Shown one piece after another: positions 17,796 through 25,889 of a stretch of 32,000 bases of DNA (position 1 is its first letter; every line of letters starts with the position of its first letter). A program made the translations under genes and the position numbers. The notes under the pieces were generated by a model that ran no database searches, was not told the DNA's origin, and saw only the letters and a list, made by a program, of their open reading frames with translations. The stretch comes from Edaphobacter aggregans (GTDB lineage Bacteria > Acidobacteriota > Terriglobia > Terriglobales > Acidobacteriaceae), in the NCBI RefSeq assembly GCF_003945235.1, contig NZ_RSDW01000001.1:5910001-5942000 (forward strand), written 5' to 3'.

Positions 17796-19874
17796 CTACG
17801 GCAATGATGCGCGGATACTGCCCCCGAACGTGCCTCCTGTGTATGTCCCGGTGTATCGTTCCGCAGCAGGGGCACCATCAGCGGCCGCCGAGGACGAGAA
17901 GGTTAACGTGACCATCGCCGTTCCCCCGCCATGTGGGATGTTGCCCAGCGATACTGGAACCAAAGCGCTCGCTGCGCCCAGAGTCGCTCCGGTCAACTGC
18001 ACGTTCTGCGCCGTGCCCGTTCCGTTATTGGTAACGGTAACGACTGCCTGGTACCCTCCACCGCTCAACTTGCTTAGCACCGCCGTGGTGATTAGCTGTA
18101 CGGTTCCCGCGAGCGCGCCTGAACCGGTCAAATTCACCGTCTGAGGACTGCTCGACGACCAATCCGACAAGCTCAGGGTGCCTGTGCGTGTTCCTTCCGC
18201 GGTTGGAGAAAAGTTAACCGAGACGCTGCAGGAACTGCCGCCCGCCAACGAACCTACGCAACTGTTGCCGCCTACGGAAAAGTCGCCTGTAGCCGTCACC
18301 GTGTTGATCAACAGTACGCCTGCTCCTTGAGCATTGCTCAAGGTCACCGTCTCGGTACTGCTGCTTCCCTCAATTACTGTGCCAAACACGGGGGCGGCCC
18401 CAACACTAGGCGACGCAACTGCACCGGAGAGCACCAGCGCCGGGACATCCTGGGTCGCATCCGGCGTGGACATCCGCAGCGTTGGGGTCCAAAAGCTGCA
18501 ACTCGGCACCAGCGGCGTAGTTCCTGCGGCTGCCGCCGCCGCGAGGGTCGAAGCGACAGAGATTCCAGTTGCACTTACGGTGTTGGTTGATGGCCACGAT
18601 GCAATCGCGGCGTTAGCCAACGCAACCGGATCCACAGTGGTATCCGGATTATTCCACCGCGCATCCAAGACACAGACCGCAGGCTGCGTCAGGTTGCCGT
18701 AGTCATAGACGATATGACTGGGAGAGTAGAAGTTTCCTGGATCAGTGAAGGCATTGTTCTGCGCGTAGATATGCGAGGACACACCCGCGCCCCAGCTATA
18801 CACATACGCACCGTATCCGAGTGGATGATTGATGGAATAGTAGTTGTCGTATAGGTCGATCTCGCCATAGCGGACCCGCGGCGAGCGTTCTTCCGCGTTG
18901 AGCCACATGTTGTGGTGAAAGGTTGTCCGCAGATGCCCGTTGTCCGAAGTAGTGCCGTCGCCGCCGCCGATCAGGTTGGTTTTGCCATGATTCGCAAAGA
19001 TCGTCCAGGAAACCGTTCCCAGGTCGGAGCCACTGGTAATGTCCAGTTCTCCATCGTGCCACTGATAGGGGCGGTTGAAAAAGATCGGCTGCGTATCGTC
19101 GGTGTCGGGCTCATCGGTAAAGGTGCAATGGTCGACCCACCAGTTCTTCCCGCCCAGGACGCTGATCAAGTCGAAGCTCGAGTTGAAGTTGCCGGGGAAG
19201 GAGCTGTTCGCTGCCTGATAGAACGGGTTGACGGGATTCATGTCAGTAAAGGTCCAAACTGGGTAGCAATCGATCGCGTCCGCGAACGTGATATTGCGGA
19301 TAATGACATTGCTCACCCCGCTCCCGATGGTCAAGTTGATGCCTTTGATGGTGGCAAGGCTCCCCACTCCGACGATGGTGGTGTTCGAACCCACCGCGAG
19401 CACTACGTGAGGGTTATATGCGGTCTCGGATTTCGATAATGCCGATGTCTGCGCGGCGCTGGGCGCGGAAAACTCGGTGGCCGATGCGATGTAATCTGCC
19501 TCTGTGTACGGCGCTACGTCGAAATTCGGGCAAGGCGGCGCACCCGCTAGTACATTGTTGTTCGCATCGACGACCCCGGTGATCGTGCCTGCCACGTTGA
19601 TGATCTTCGAGGTGGAACTCTTGTTGTTCAGCGCGGCAGCGAGCTGGGCCATGGTTGACACCGTATAGATATTGGCGGGAAGGGCAGCCGAACCGCCCGT
19701 TGTCCCGGGCGCCGTCGCGGCCCAGCCGTCATTGGCAGGAAGCACCTGCGTTGCGAGGTCAGGAGGAGGGGTACGGAAGGGGCCAGCTTGCGCCCGAGCG
19801 GTTATCGTCAGGCCCACGGGCGCGACCGCGCACACGGCACACAGCAACAGCCCGGCAACAATGTGATTGCTCAT
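17796..19874 (-). CDS. Secreted pectate lyase, polysaccharide lyase family 1
   Basis: PL1 blocks: NVIIRNITF, NWWVDHCTF, HDGELDITSGSDLGTVSWTIFANHGKTNLIGGGD and ERSPRVRYGEIDLYDNYY. Starting at ATG 19874 gives the signal MSNHIVAGLLLCAVCAVAPVGLTITARAQA, with GGAGA upstream. The C-terminus carries a choice-of-anchor-D-like domain and then the shared module. Confidence 0.9.
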   Translation of the reverse strand: MSNHIVAGLLLCAVCAVAPVGLTITARAQAGPFRTPPPDLATQVLPANDGWAATAPGTTGGSAALPANIYTVSTMAQLAAALNNKSSTSKIINVAGTITGVVDANNNVLAGAPPCPNFDVAPYTEADYIASATEFSAPSAAQTSALSKSETAYNPHVVLAVGSNTTIVGVGSLATIKGINLTIGSGVSNVIIRNITFADAIDCYPVWTFTDMNPVNPFYQAANSSFPGNFNSSFDLISVLGGKNWWVDHCTFTDEPDTDDTQPIFFNRPYQWHDGELDITSGSDLGTVSWTIFANHGKTNLIGGGDGTTSDNGHLRTTFHHNMWLNAEERSPRVRYGEIDLYDNYYSINHPLGYGAYVYSWGAGVSSHIYAQNNAFTDPGNFYSPSHIVYDYGNLTQPAVCVLDARWNNPDTTVDPVALANAAIASWPSTNTVSATGISVASTLAAAAAAGTTPLVPSCSFWTPTLRMSTPDATQDVPALVLSGAVASPSVGAAPVFGTVIEGSSSTETVTLSNAQGAGVLLINTVTATGDFSVGGNSCVGSLAGGSSCSVSVNFSPTAEGTRTGTLSLSDWSSSSPQTVNLTGSGALAGTVQLITTAVLSKLSGGGYQAVVTVTNNGTGTAQNVQLTGATLGAASALVPVSLGNIPHGGGTAMVTLTFSSSAAADGAPAAERYTGTYTGGTFGGSIRASLP
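17799..18104 (-). repeat. Shared C-terminal module, copy 2 (last 102 aa of the PL1 lyase)
   Basis: TVQLITTAVLSKLSGGGYQAVVTVTNNGTGTAQNVQLTGATLG...AERYTGTYTGGTFGGSIRASLP-stop. Confidence 0.85.
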
Positions 19875-20050
19875 CGCAATGTCTCCAATTGTGAAGTTGC
19901 TGAAGCACACAAAGGGCCCTAAAGCTCGGTCATTCTGCTCGTCATGGTTCAACCAAACTGTTCGATACGATGAGATAGTCAGACCACAGGAAAGCCAAAT
20001 TCAAGCCACCTTCCAATTGCGAGGTGGCTAACCCGACGAAAATCGAACAA

Positions 20051-20080
20051 AAAATACGCTGCGAATCACCTCGCCGTCAA
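20051..20080 (-). promoter_or_regulatory. Candidate sigma70-type promoter for the PL1/CE8-like gene pair
   Basis: On the minus strand, TTGACG (20080-20075) is followed by an 18-nt spacer and TATTTT (20056-20051). This would give a leader of about 170 nt. It is a motif match only. Confidence 0.25.
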
Positions 20081-20637
20081 CTGAAAATCAAACGACAATG
20101 CACACCCTCTTGATTTTCACCATCAAGGACTGTTGTGCCTGGGTCAAAATTCAAATCTGGGTGCAAAGTGGAATTAATTCCCAAACCCGGGTGCAGTTTT
20201 TGAGAGGAATATCTGGAAAAGGTCGTACCGGTGAGATGGGCAGTGTCTCTTGGTCTAGACCAAAGTGTCGGGGTTCGATGCCTCCCCCGATCATTTTTCC
20301 AGGTCAGCACCTTTGGTATTGACTTGTCGAAATCGCTTCGGGAGTGCCGGCTAGTTGACCTTAGGCATTCACCTAGAGTGCAGTGGCCCAAGTTCTCACT
20401 ATGCTCATCGACGGGCGGGCAGATTACTGGGAACTGACAGAGAAGAGGGAAATACGGGAATTATCGTTCCAGCAAATCGTCCTTCGGTGTACGGCAGGTT
20501 CGTCCAATGAAGTGTGCATCATGCCAAAAAACCAGGCCCAACTGGATAAATAGCCCGTTGCGCACAATCGCACCTATAAACATACGCGGATGCTATCTGG
20601 TTAACTGCATCAAAAGCAGCCCTCTCCTCAGCATGTA

Positions 20638-21033
20638 TCAACCGTTCTTTGGATAACGATCGCCACTGTGTTCAGCTTGAGCGTCAGGTTCGGGGAAGTC
20701 GGTGTCGTTATCCTTCAACATCTCATCTTGATCCCGGTGACCGAGTTGGCCTGCCAGAGAGACATTCTCAGGATCGCGTTTGTCCTTCGGCTGAGCATTG
20801 CCTTCCACGGCGCCCTTGTTTACCCACGAGTCACGCGAAGTGTTCTCTGCAGCTTCGGGAATGCCTGGGCCTACTTCGTCTATGGCCTCCACGACGCTGT
20901 CATCGGTTGCGGGCCGGCCATCGCGAACGCTCTCGGCACCGAGGGAATTCTCGCTGCCAGCAGGAGCTTTACGGTCGATCTTACTGAGTTCCTCGGCGGT
21001 TTCCTTAATGGTCTCGCGTGGGAGCATGTTCAT
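20638..21033 (-). CDS. Small acidic, low-complexity (probably disordered) protein, unknown function
   Basis: 131 aa from ATG 21033, with a strong GAGGAGGG about 9 nt upstream. It is rich in D, E, P, G and S, has no hydrophobic core or signal peptide, and its codon pattern resembles that of neighbouring genes. The ORF-track start at 21156 is probably a spurious extension. Confidence 0.6.
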   Translation of the reverse strand: MNMLPRETIKETAEELSKIDRKAPAGSENSLGAESVRDGRPATDDSVVEAIDEVGPGIPEAAENTSRDSWVNKGAVEGNAQPKDKRDPENVSLAGQLGHRDQDEMLKDNDTDFPEPDAQAEHSGDRYPKNG

Positions 21034-21174
21034 CGTGTCGTCCCTCCTCTTGAGAGGTAGGATGCAGGAAATAACTCCATGGTCGTTGGGAGCCAGGCTG
21101 TTCTCCGCTATGAGTGGAACTCCATGTGTTGGCACATCGGTGAAGGCGGCATACACGCAAGAATGAGGGTGACG

Positions 21175-21198
21175 ATCGCCTCCCTTGCGGGAGGCGAT
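21175..21198. terminator. Perfect 10-bp GC-rich stem-loop just downstream of htpG
   Basis: ATCGCCTCCC-ttgc-GGGAGGCGAT lies 26 nt after the htpG stop. The T-tract (TTGTTTTG) follows it only on the + strand, so on the htpG strand it would act as a U-tract-less terminator. Confidence 0.4.
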
Positions 21199-21223
21199 TT
21201 GTTTTGCTGCTAGTGTTTTGGAT

Positions 21224-23113
21224 CTAGATGGATTGGTTCAGCACTCGGTTTAGGCGCTGGACGAAGGTGGCGGGGTCTTTCAGCTGCACGCCTTCGAGTA
21301 TCAACGCCTGGTCGAAGAGGAGCCATGCAGCGTCTTCTACTTTGCTATTACTTGGGTCGGCGAGCAGCTTTCTGATGATCTCGTGATCGGGGTTGATCTC
21401 GAGTGTGGGTTGCAGTACAGGCAGGTTCTTCTGGCCCATGGCCTGCATCATCTGGCGCATGCGGGCTGAGGGCTCGTCCTCATCGGATACGATGACAGAA
21501 GGGCTGTTGGCGAGGCGGGACGAGGCGCGAACCTCTTTGACAGCCGCGCCGATCGTAGCCTTGATCTTATCGAGCAGAGGTTGGAGTTCTTCGGCCTTCT
21601 CGGGCGTGGAGTCGTCCTTGAGGTCTTCAGAGGTGGAGGACTTGTTGACGGCCTTGAGATCAGTGTCGCCGTAGCTAGTGACGGTCGAGAAGACGATCTC
21701 ATCGACATCGTCGTCGAGGATGAAGACCTCGATGCCCTTCTTCTTATAGATCTCAAGGAGGGGTGAGTTGCGAAGCATGGATTCGGAGCCGCCGGTGATG
21801 TAATAGAGCGCCTTTTGCTCGGGCTGCATGCGCTCCTTGACCTCGGCGAGCGAGGTGAGTCCTTCAACCTTGGTGGACTTGAAGCGGATGAGGTCGAGCA
21901 GCATCTCGCGGTTGGCGTAGTCGCCGTAGAGACCTTCCTTAAGTGGACGGTTGTACTCGGCGATGAACCGCGAATATTTCTCAGGATCGTTGGTGGCGAT
22001 GGTCTTCAGCTCGGAGAGGATCTTTTTGACGCTGGCGGTTTTGATGCTGGTGAGTACCTTATTCTGCTGCAGTATCTCGCGCGAGACGTTGAGCGGGAGA
22101 TCTTCGGAGTCGATGATGCCGCGAACGAAGCGAAGGTACTGCGGGAGCAGGTCCTTGGAGTCGTCCATGATGAAGACGCGCTTGACGTAGAGCTTGACGC
22201 CGCCTTTGTAGTCGGCCTGATAGAGATCGAGCGGCGCTTTGGCCGGGATGTAGAAGAGAGTGGTGTACTCGAGTGTGCCTTCGGCGCGGGTGTGGAACCA
22301 GAAAAGAGGGTCTTCCCATCCGCCGGTGAGCGATTTGTAGAGTTCTTTGTAATCGTCATCGCTGAGCTCGGACTTAGAGCGTCTCCACATGGCGCTGGCG
22401 GCGTTGATCTGTTCGGTGGTGCGGGTCTTGACGGATTCTTTCTTCTCTGCGTCCCAGTCGGCCTTGTCGTAAGTGAGGAAGATGGGGAAGGCGATGTGAT
22501 TGGAATACTTCCTGACGATCTCCTGCAGGCGCCAGCCGTTGGCGTACTGCGCGCCTTCGTCATTGAAGTGGATGAGAATGGTGGTTCCTGCGGTCTTACG
22601 CGCATTGGCGCCGGAGACTTCTTCGATGTCGAAGCCGGTTTCGCCATCGCTTGTCCACTTGAAGGTCTTGTCATCGCCGGCCTTGCGGGAGAAGACCTCG
22701 ACCTTGTCGGCGACCATGAAGGCGGAGTAGAAGCCAACGCCGAACTGTCCGATGAGGTTGGAGTCCTTGCGGGCATCGCCGGAGAGCTGTGTGAGGAAGT
22801 TCTTGGTGCCTGAGCGCGCGATGGTGCCAAGGTGCGAGACGAGGTCTTCCTCATTCATGCCGATGCCCGTGTCGGAGACGGTGAGAGTCTTGTTGGCTTC
22901 GTCGAGTTCGAGATCGATGCGCGGCGAGTCGATGCCATTACCGACAAGGGCTTTGTACTCGTCGTCGGTAAGGCTGAGATGGCGCAGCTTGTCGAGCGCG
23001 TCGGAGGAGTTAGAGATGAGTTCGCGGAGAAAGATTTCGGGATGCGAGTAGAGAGAGTGAACGATCAGCTGCAGGAGCTGGGAGACTTCGGTCTGGAATT
23101 GTTGCTTGGACAT
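21224..23113 (-). CDS. htpG: Molecular chaperone HtpG (Hsp90)
   Basis: 629 aa from ATG 23113. The canonical N-terminus reads MSKQQFQTEVSQLLQLIVHSLYSHPEIFLRELISNSSDALDKLR, with GxxGxG-type IGQFGVGFYSAFMVA, and the protein is Hsp90-like over its full length. The upstream 50 codons of the ORF track do not match the family. Confidence 0.97.
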   Translation of the reverse strand: MSKQQFQTEVSQLLQLIVHSLYSHPEIFLRELISNSSDALDKLRHLSLTDDEYKALVGNGIDSPRIDLELDEANKTLTVSDTGIGMNEEDLVSHLGTIARSGTKNFLTQLSGDARKDSNLIGQFGVGFYSAFMVADKVEVFSRKAGDDKTFKWTSDGETGFDIEEVSGANARKTAGTTILIHFNDEGAQYANGWRLQEIVRKYSNHIAFPIFLTYDKADWDAEKKESVKTRTTEQINAASAMWRRSKSELSDDDYKELYKSLTGGWEDPLFWFHTRAEGTLEYTTLFYIPAKAPLDLYQADYKGGVKLYVKRVFIMDDSKDLLPQYLRFVRGIIDSEDLPLNVSREILQQNKVLTSIKTASVKKILSELKTIATNDPEKYSRFIAEYNRPLKEGLYGDYANREMLLDLIRFKSTKVEGLTSLAEVKERMQPEQKALYYITGGSESMLRNSPLLEIYKKKGIEVFILDDDVDEIVFSTVTSYGDTDLKAVNKSSTSEDLKDDSTPEKAEELQPLLDKIKATIGAAVKEVRASSRLANSPSVIVSDEDEPSARMRQMMQAMGQKNLPVLQPTLEINPDHEIIRKLLADPSNSKVEDAAWLLFDQALILEGVQLKDPATFVQRLNRVLNQSI

Positions 23114-23478
23114 AACACCATTATTGCCTATTGCCAAAACGGGAGCGAGATGAAGATGGGTCGAGGTGGCGTCGCTGGAGTGAGGGGCAATCCGGAGCTT
23201 GAGCGTCAGTAGGCGCCCATAGGGCTTCGCACTCATTGCGCGACTCGACGATTTGGCATCCATCAGTCGCTTTCGTTACTCGTACACTGATCTCGGAAGA
23301 GCTGATGAACCTGTCGAGTAGCATCGGTCTAAAGTAGGGACAGGTCGTAATGACGTGTGCAGAAACAGAGCAGCGATTTCGATCAGTTCACAACTTTTTG
23401 CAATTTGTTGCGTTCTTGTGACATGTCGCTGCGAGCTACTCCCTTATTCTTCAGTCTGATGAAGTGAGGCACGCACAT

Positions 23479-25152
23479 ATGTTGAAGCCTCAAGTTCGAC
23501 GTTGGTCCGAGCGGTCACGAGTCCTGGTACTCATGCTCGCAGTCATGATCCCCGCGTCCGCTCTCATCTTAGTCAGCGCATACCATCTTAGGACCATTCA
23601 GCGCGAGAAGGCGATTGAGGCCGTCATTCAAAGGGACTATCAACAGGTCTTAGCGATAGCGGAAAAGCGGATTGTTGAGCGTGCTTATGAGATGACGGAG
23701 GAAGCCAGGAAACAATTCCCCGATATGGATCATTCCGATGGGCTCGGGACTTTCCTAACGACACATCCGGAAATCGCACATGCGTTCGTGTGGACCGGGA
23801 AAGGCGATCTTGATTTTCAATCACAATCCAGTCGTATGAGCGATCCTGAATTTATCGGAGAAGGTAAAAAGATTTCCTGGGATTTAAGGAATTGGTTTGA
23901 CGAAGATTCCAAAGAATACATCTCCAAGCTGAAAAAGATTGAGGCGACAGAAGGACGACGCGTTTACATGACTGACCATTGGGTGCCCAGGGGCGACAAA
24001 TGGCAGTATCAGACTCTGGTGCTGTTCGTACCTCAGGGGTCGACTCCTGAACGTCCCGCACTGTCAGGGTTCATCTATGACACCGACTATTTGAAAAGCA
24101 CGTTTTTCCCGCAGGCGCTGAACGACGTTTTGCCGAATCAGAATCCGAGCGATGCGTCCCATCCTCAACCGGCTATCATGGTCCTGACGGGTAAAGACCA
24201 GTCCCCTCTGGCTGCTTCGACTTGTTGGGATGGGGGGCCGCCCGAAGTGGAACGTGCCTTCGAGAGTGTTTTCCCTGGACTGATTCTGGGGATCAATCTG
24301 CATGGGACCACGATTGCGAGCATCAGCAACCGCTTTTTGCGAAGCGAATTCCTGATCCTCTGCGCGCTTTCGTTGCTGATGGGTGGAGGAATGATCCTTA
24401 CCTATCGCAATGTGGCGCGTGAACTTGCCCTCGCCAAGCTCAAGTCTGATTTCGTGTCTAACGTTTCGCATGAATTGAGAACGCCTCTGGCGCTCATCCG
24501 CCTTTACGCAGAGACTCTGGAACTGGGACGCATCTCCAACCCGGGAAAACAGCAGGAATACTACAAGATCATTCGCAAAGAGAGCGAAAGATTGACTTCT
24601 CTTATCAACAACATTCTTGACTTCTCTCGTATCGAGTCCGGCAAGCGTGAGTACAGCTTCCGCGAAACCGACGTGGCCGATTTAGTGCGGAGCACGCTGG
24701 ACTCTTATCGTTTTGAAATCGAGCAGAACGGGTTCGAGTTCGAACAGAAGATCGACAATAATCTGCCGCAACTACGTGTGGATCGCGAAGCGATTGCCCG
24801 ATCGCTGCTGAATCTGGTGAACAACGCAGTGAAATACTCGGCGACAGAGAAATACCTCGGAGTACATCTTTACCGGAACAATTCCGTTGTCAATCTTGAG
24901 GTCGTCGATCACGGGATCGGCATTGCACCTAAGGAGCAGCCCAAGATCTTCGAAAAGTTTTATCGAGTGGGCGATCCTCTGGTGCATAACACCAAGGGTA
25001 GCGGACTAGGGTTGTCTCTCGTACGCCACATTGTGCAGGCTCATGGAGGCGAAGTTGCGGTTGAGAGCGCACCCGGACGGGGGAGCAAGTTCATCATTAC
25101 CTTGCCGGTACAAAACCTAGCGGCCCAGCCGGAGGAGGGGGTGTCAGCATGA
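23479..25152 (+). CDS. Sensor histidine kinase (two TM helices, ~260-aa periplasmic domain, HisKA + HATPase_c, no HAMP)
   Basis: H-box SDFVSNVSHELRTPL. N box LLNLVNNAVKYS. G boxes DHGIGI and GSGLGLSLV. TM1 is VLVLMLAVMIPASALILVSAY and TM2 is FLILCALSLLMGGGMILTY. ATG 23479 has GTGAGG 9 nt upstream. Confidence 0.92.
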   Translation: MLKPQVRRWSERSRVLVLMLAVMIPASALILVSAYHLRTIQREKAIEAVIQRDYQQVLAIAEKRIVERAYEMTEEARKQFPDMDHSDGLGTFLTTHPEIAHAFVWTGKGDLDFQSQSSRMSDPEFIGEGKKISWDLRNWFDEDSKEYISKLKKIEATEGRRVYMTDHWVPRGDKWQYQTLVLFVPQGSTPERPALSGFIYDTDYLKSTFFPQALNDVLPNQNPSDASHPQPAIMVLTGKDQSPLAASTCWDGGPPEVERAFESVFPGLILGINLHGTTIASISNRFLRSEFLILCALSLLMGGGMILTYRNVARELALAKLKSDFVSNVSHELRTPLALIRLYAETLELGRISNPGKQQEYYKIIRKESERLTSLINNILDFSRIESGKREYSFRETDVADLVRSTLDSYRFEIEQNGFEFEQKIDNNLPQLRVDREAIARSLLNLVNNAVKYSATEKYLGVHLYRNNSVVNLEVVDHGIGIAPKEQPKIFEKFYRVGDPLVHNTKGSGLGLSLVRHIVQAHGGEVAVESAPGRGSKFIITLPVQNLAAQPEEGVSA

Positions 25153-25871
25153 AGCAGGAAACAAAGGCAAATTCAACAGAGGCGCAGAGCCCACCGAAGA
25201 TTCTTGTGGTGGAGGACGAGCCCAACATGGTAGCTGGACTTCGCGACAATTTCGAGTTTGAAGGCTACAAAGTGATCACGGCGAGCGATGGAATTGAAGG
25301 ACTGCGGCTGGCACTGGAAGAGTCTCCGGATCTTGTAGTCCTTGATGTCATGATGCCCCGGATGAGCGGGCTGGAGGTATGCAAGCAGTTACGCGTCAAA
25401 CGAGGATCCATCCCGATCATCATGCTGACTGCCCGCGGCCAGGAATTGGATAAAGTAGTGGGTCTCGAACTAGGCGCGGACGACTACGTGACCAAGCCAT
25501 TCTCTATTCGCGAGTTGCTGGCGCGAGTCAAAGCAGTGCTGCGACGCACGGCGGTCCTTCCGAAACACGAGGAGCAGCATTCCTTTGGCGATGTGGAGGT
25601 GGATCTCCGCCGTCACCGGGTGCTCCGCTCGGGGAAAGTCCTGGATGTCTCCTCTAAAGAATTCGAGCTGCTGAAGTACTTCATCTGTCACGCTGGTGAA
25701 CCGCTCAGTCGCGACCGGCTCCTTGAAGAAGTTTGGGGATACGAAAATTACCCGACGACGCGCACGGTGGATACTCATCTGGTGCGCCTGCGTCAAAAGC
25801 TTGAACCGGATCCGGAACAACCACAGTACTTCCTGACTGTGCATGGAACGGGTTACCAGTTTGTCGGTTAG
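25149..25871 (+). CDS. OmpR/PhoB-family response regulator (receiver + winged-helix)
   Basis: Receiver domain KILVVEDEP...DLVVLDVMMP...MLTARG...KPF. C-terminal wHTH EVWGYENYPTTRTVDTHLVRLRQKLE...TVHGTGYQF. The start overlaps the kinase stop codon (ATGA at 25149-25152). Confidence 0.95.
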   Translation: MKQETKANSTEAQSPPKILVVEDEPNMVAGLRDNFEFEGYKVITASDGIEGLRLALEESPDLVVLDVMMPRMSGLEVCKQLRVKRGSIPIIMLTARGQELDKVVGLELGADDYVTKPFSIRELLARVKAVLRRTAVLPKHEEQHSFGDVEVDLRRHRVLRSGKVLDVSSKEFELLKYFICHAGEPLSRDRLLEEVWGYENYPTTRTVDTHLVRLRQKLEPDPEQPQYFLTVHGTGYQFVG

Positions 25872-25889
25872 ACGGTATGGAGAGAAGTC

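Noticed and set aside
20266-20293. A tRNA-like T-arm motif (GGGGTTCGATGCCTCCCC...GATCA) that might mark a tRNA gene or an integration att site.
   Set aside because: Only a GGTTCGA-type heptamer with an imperfect stem is present. I could not fold an acceptor stem, D-arm or anticodon arm from the upstream ~75 nt. No integrase or direct-repeat partner is visible. A heptamer match is expected by chance several times in 64 kb of two-strand sequence.
20798-21166. A + strand 122-aa ORF that ends 9 nt before the 21175-21198 hairpin, whose T-tract is on the + strand. This raised the possibility that the real gene here is on the + strand.
   Set aside because: It has a TTG start with no SD sequence and an implausible S/L/A-rich product. 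The minus-strand frame has a strong GAGGAGGG SD and gene-like codon usage. I kept the minus-strand call and flagged the hairpin orientation.
23114-23478. A search of the htpG/kinase divergent region for a sigma32-type heat-shock promoter (CTTGAA-N13-17-CCCCAT) or a CIRCE/HAIR-like inverted repeat upstream of htpG.
   Set aside because: I found only a lone CCCATCT with no properly spaced -35 element, and no convincing inverted repeat. No promoter call is made.
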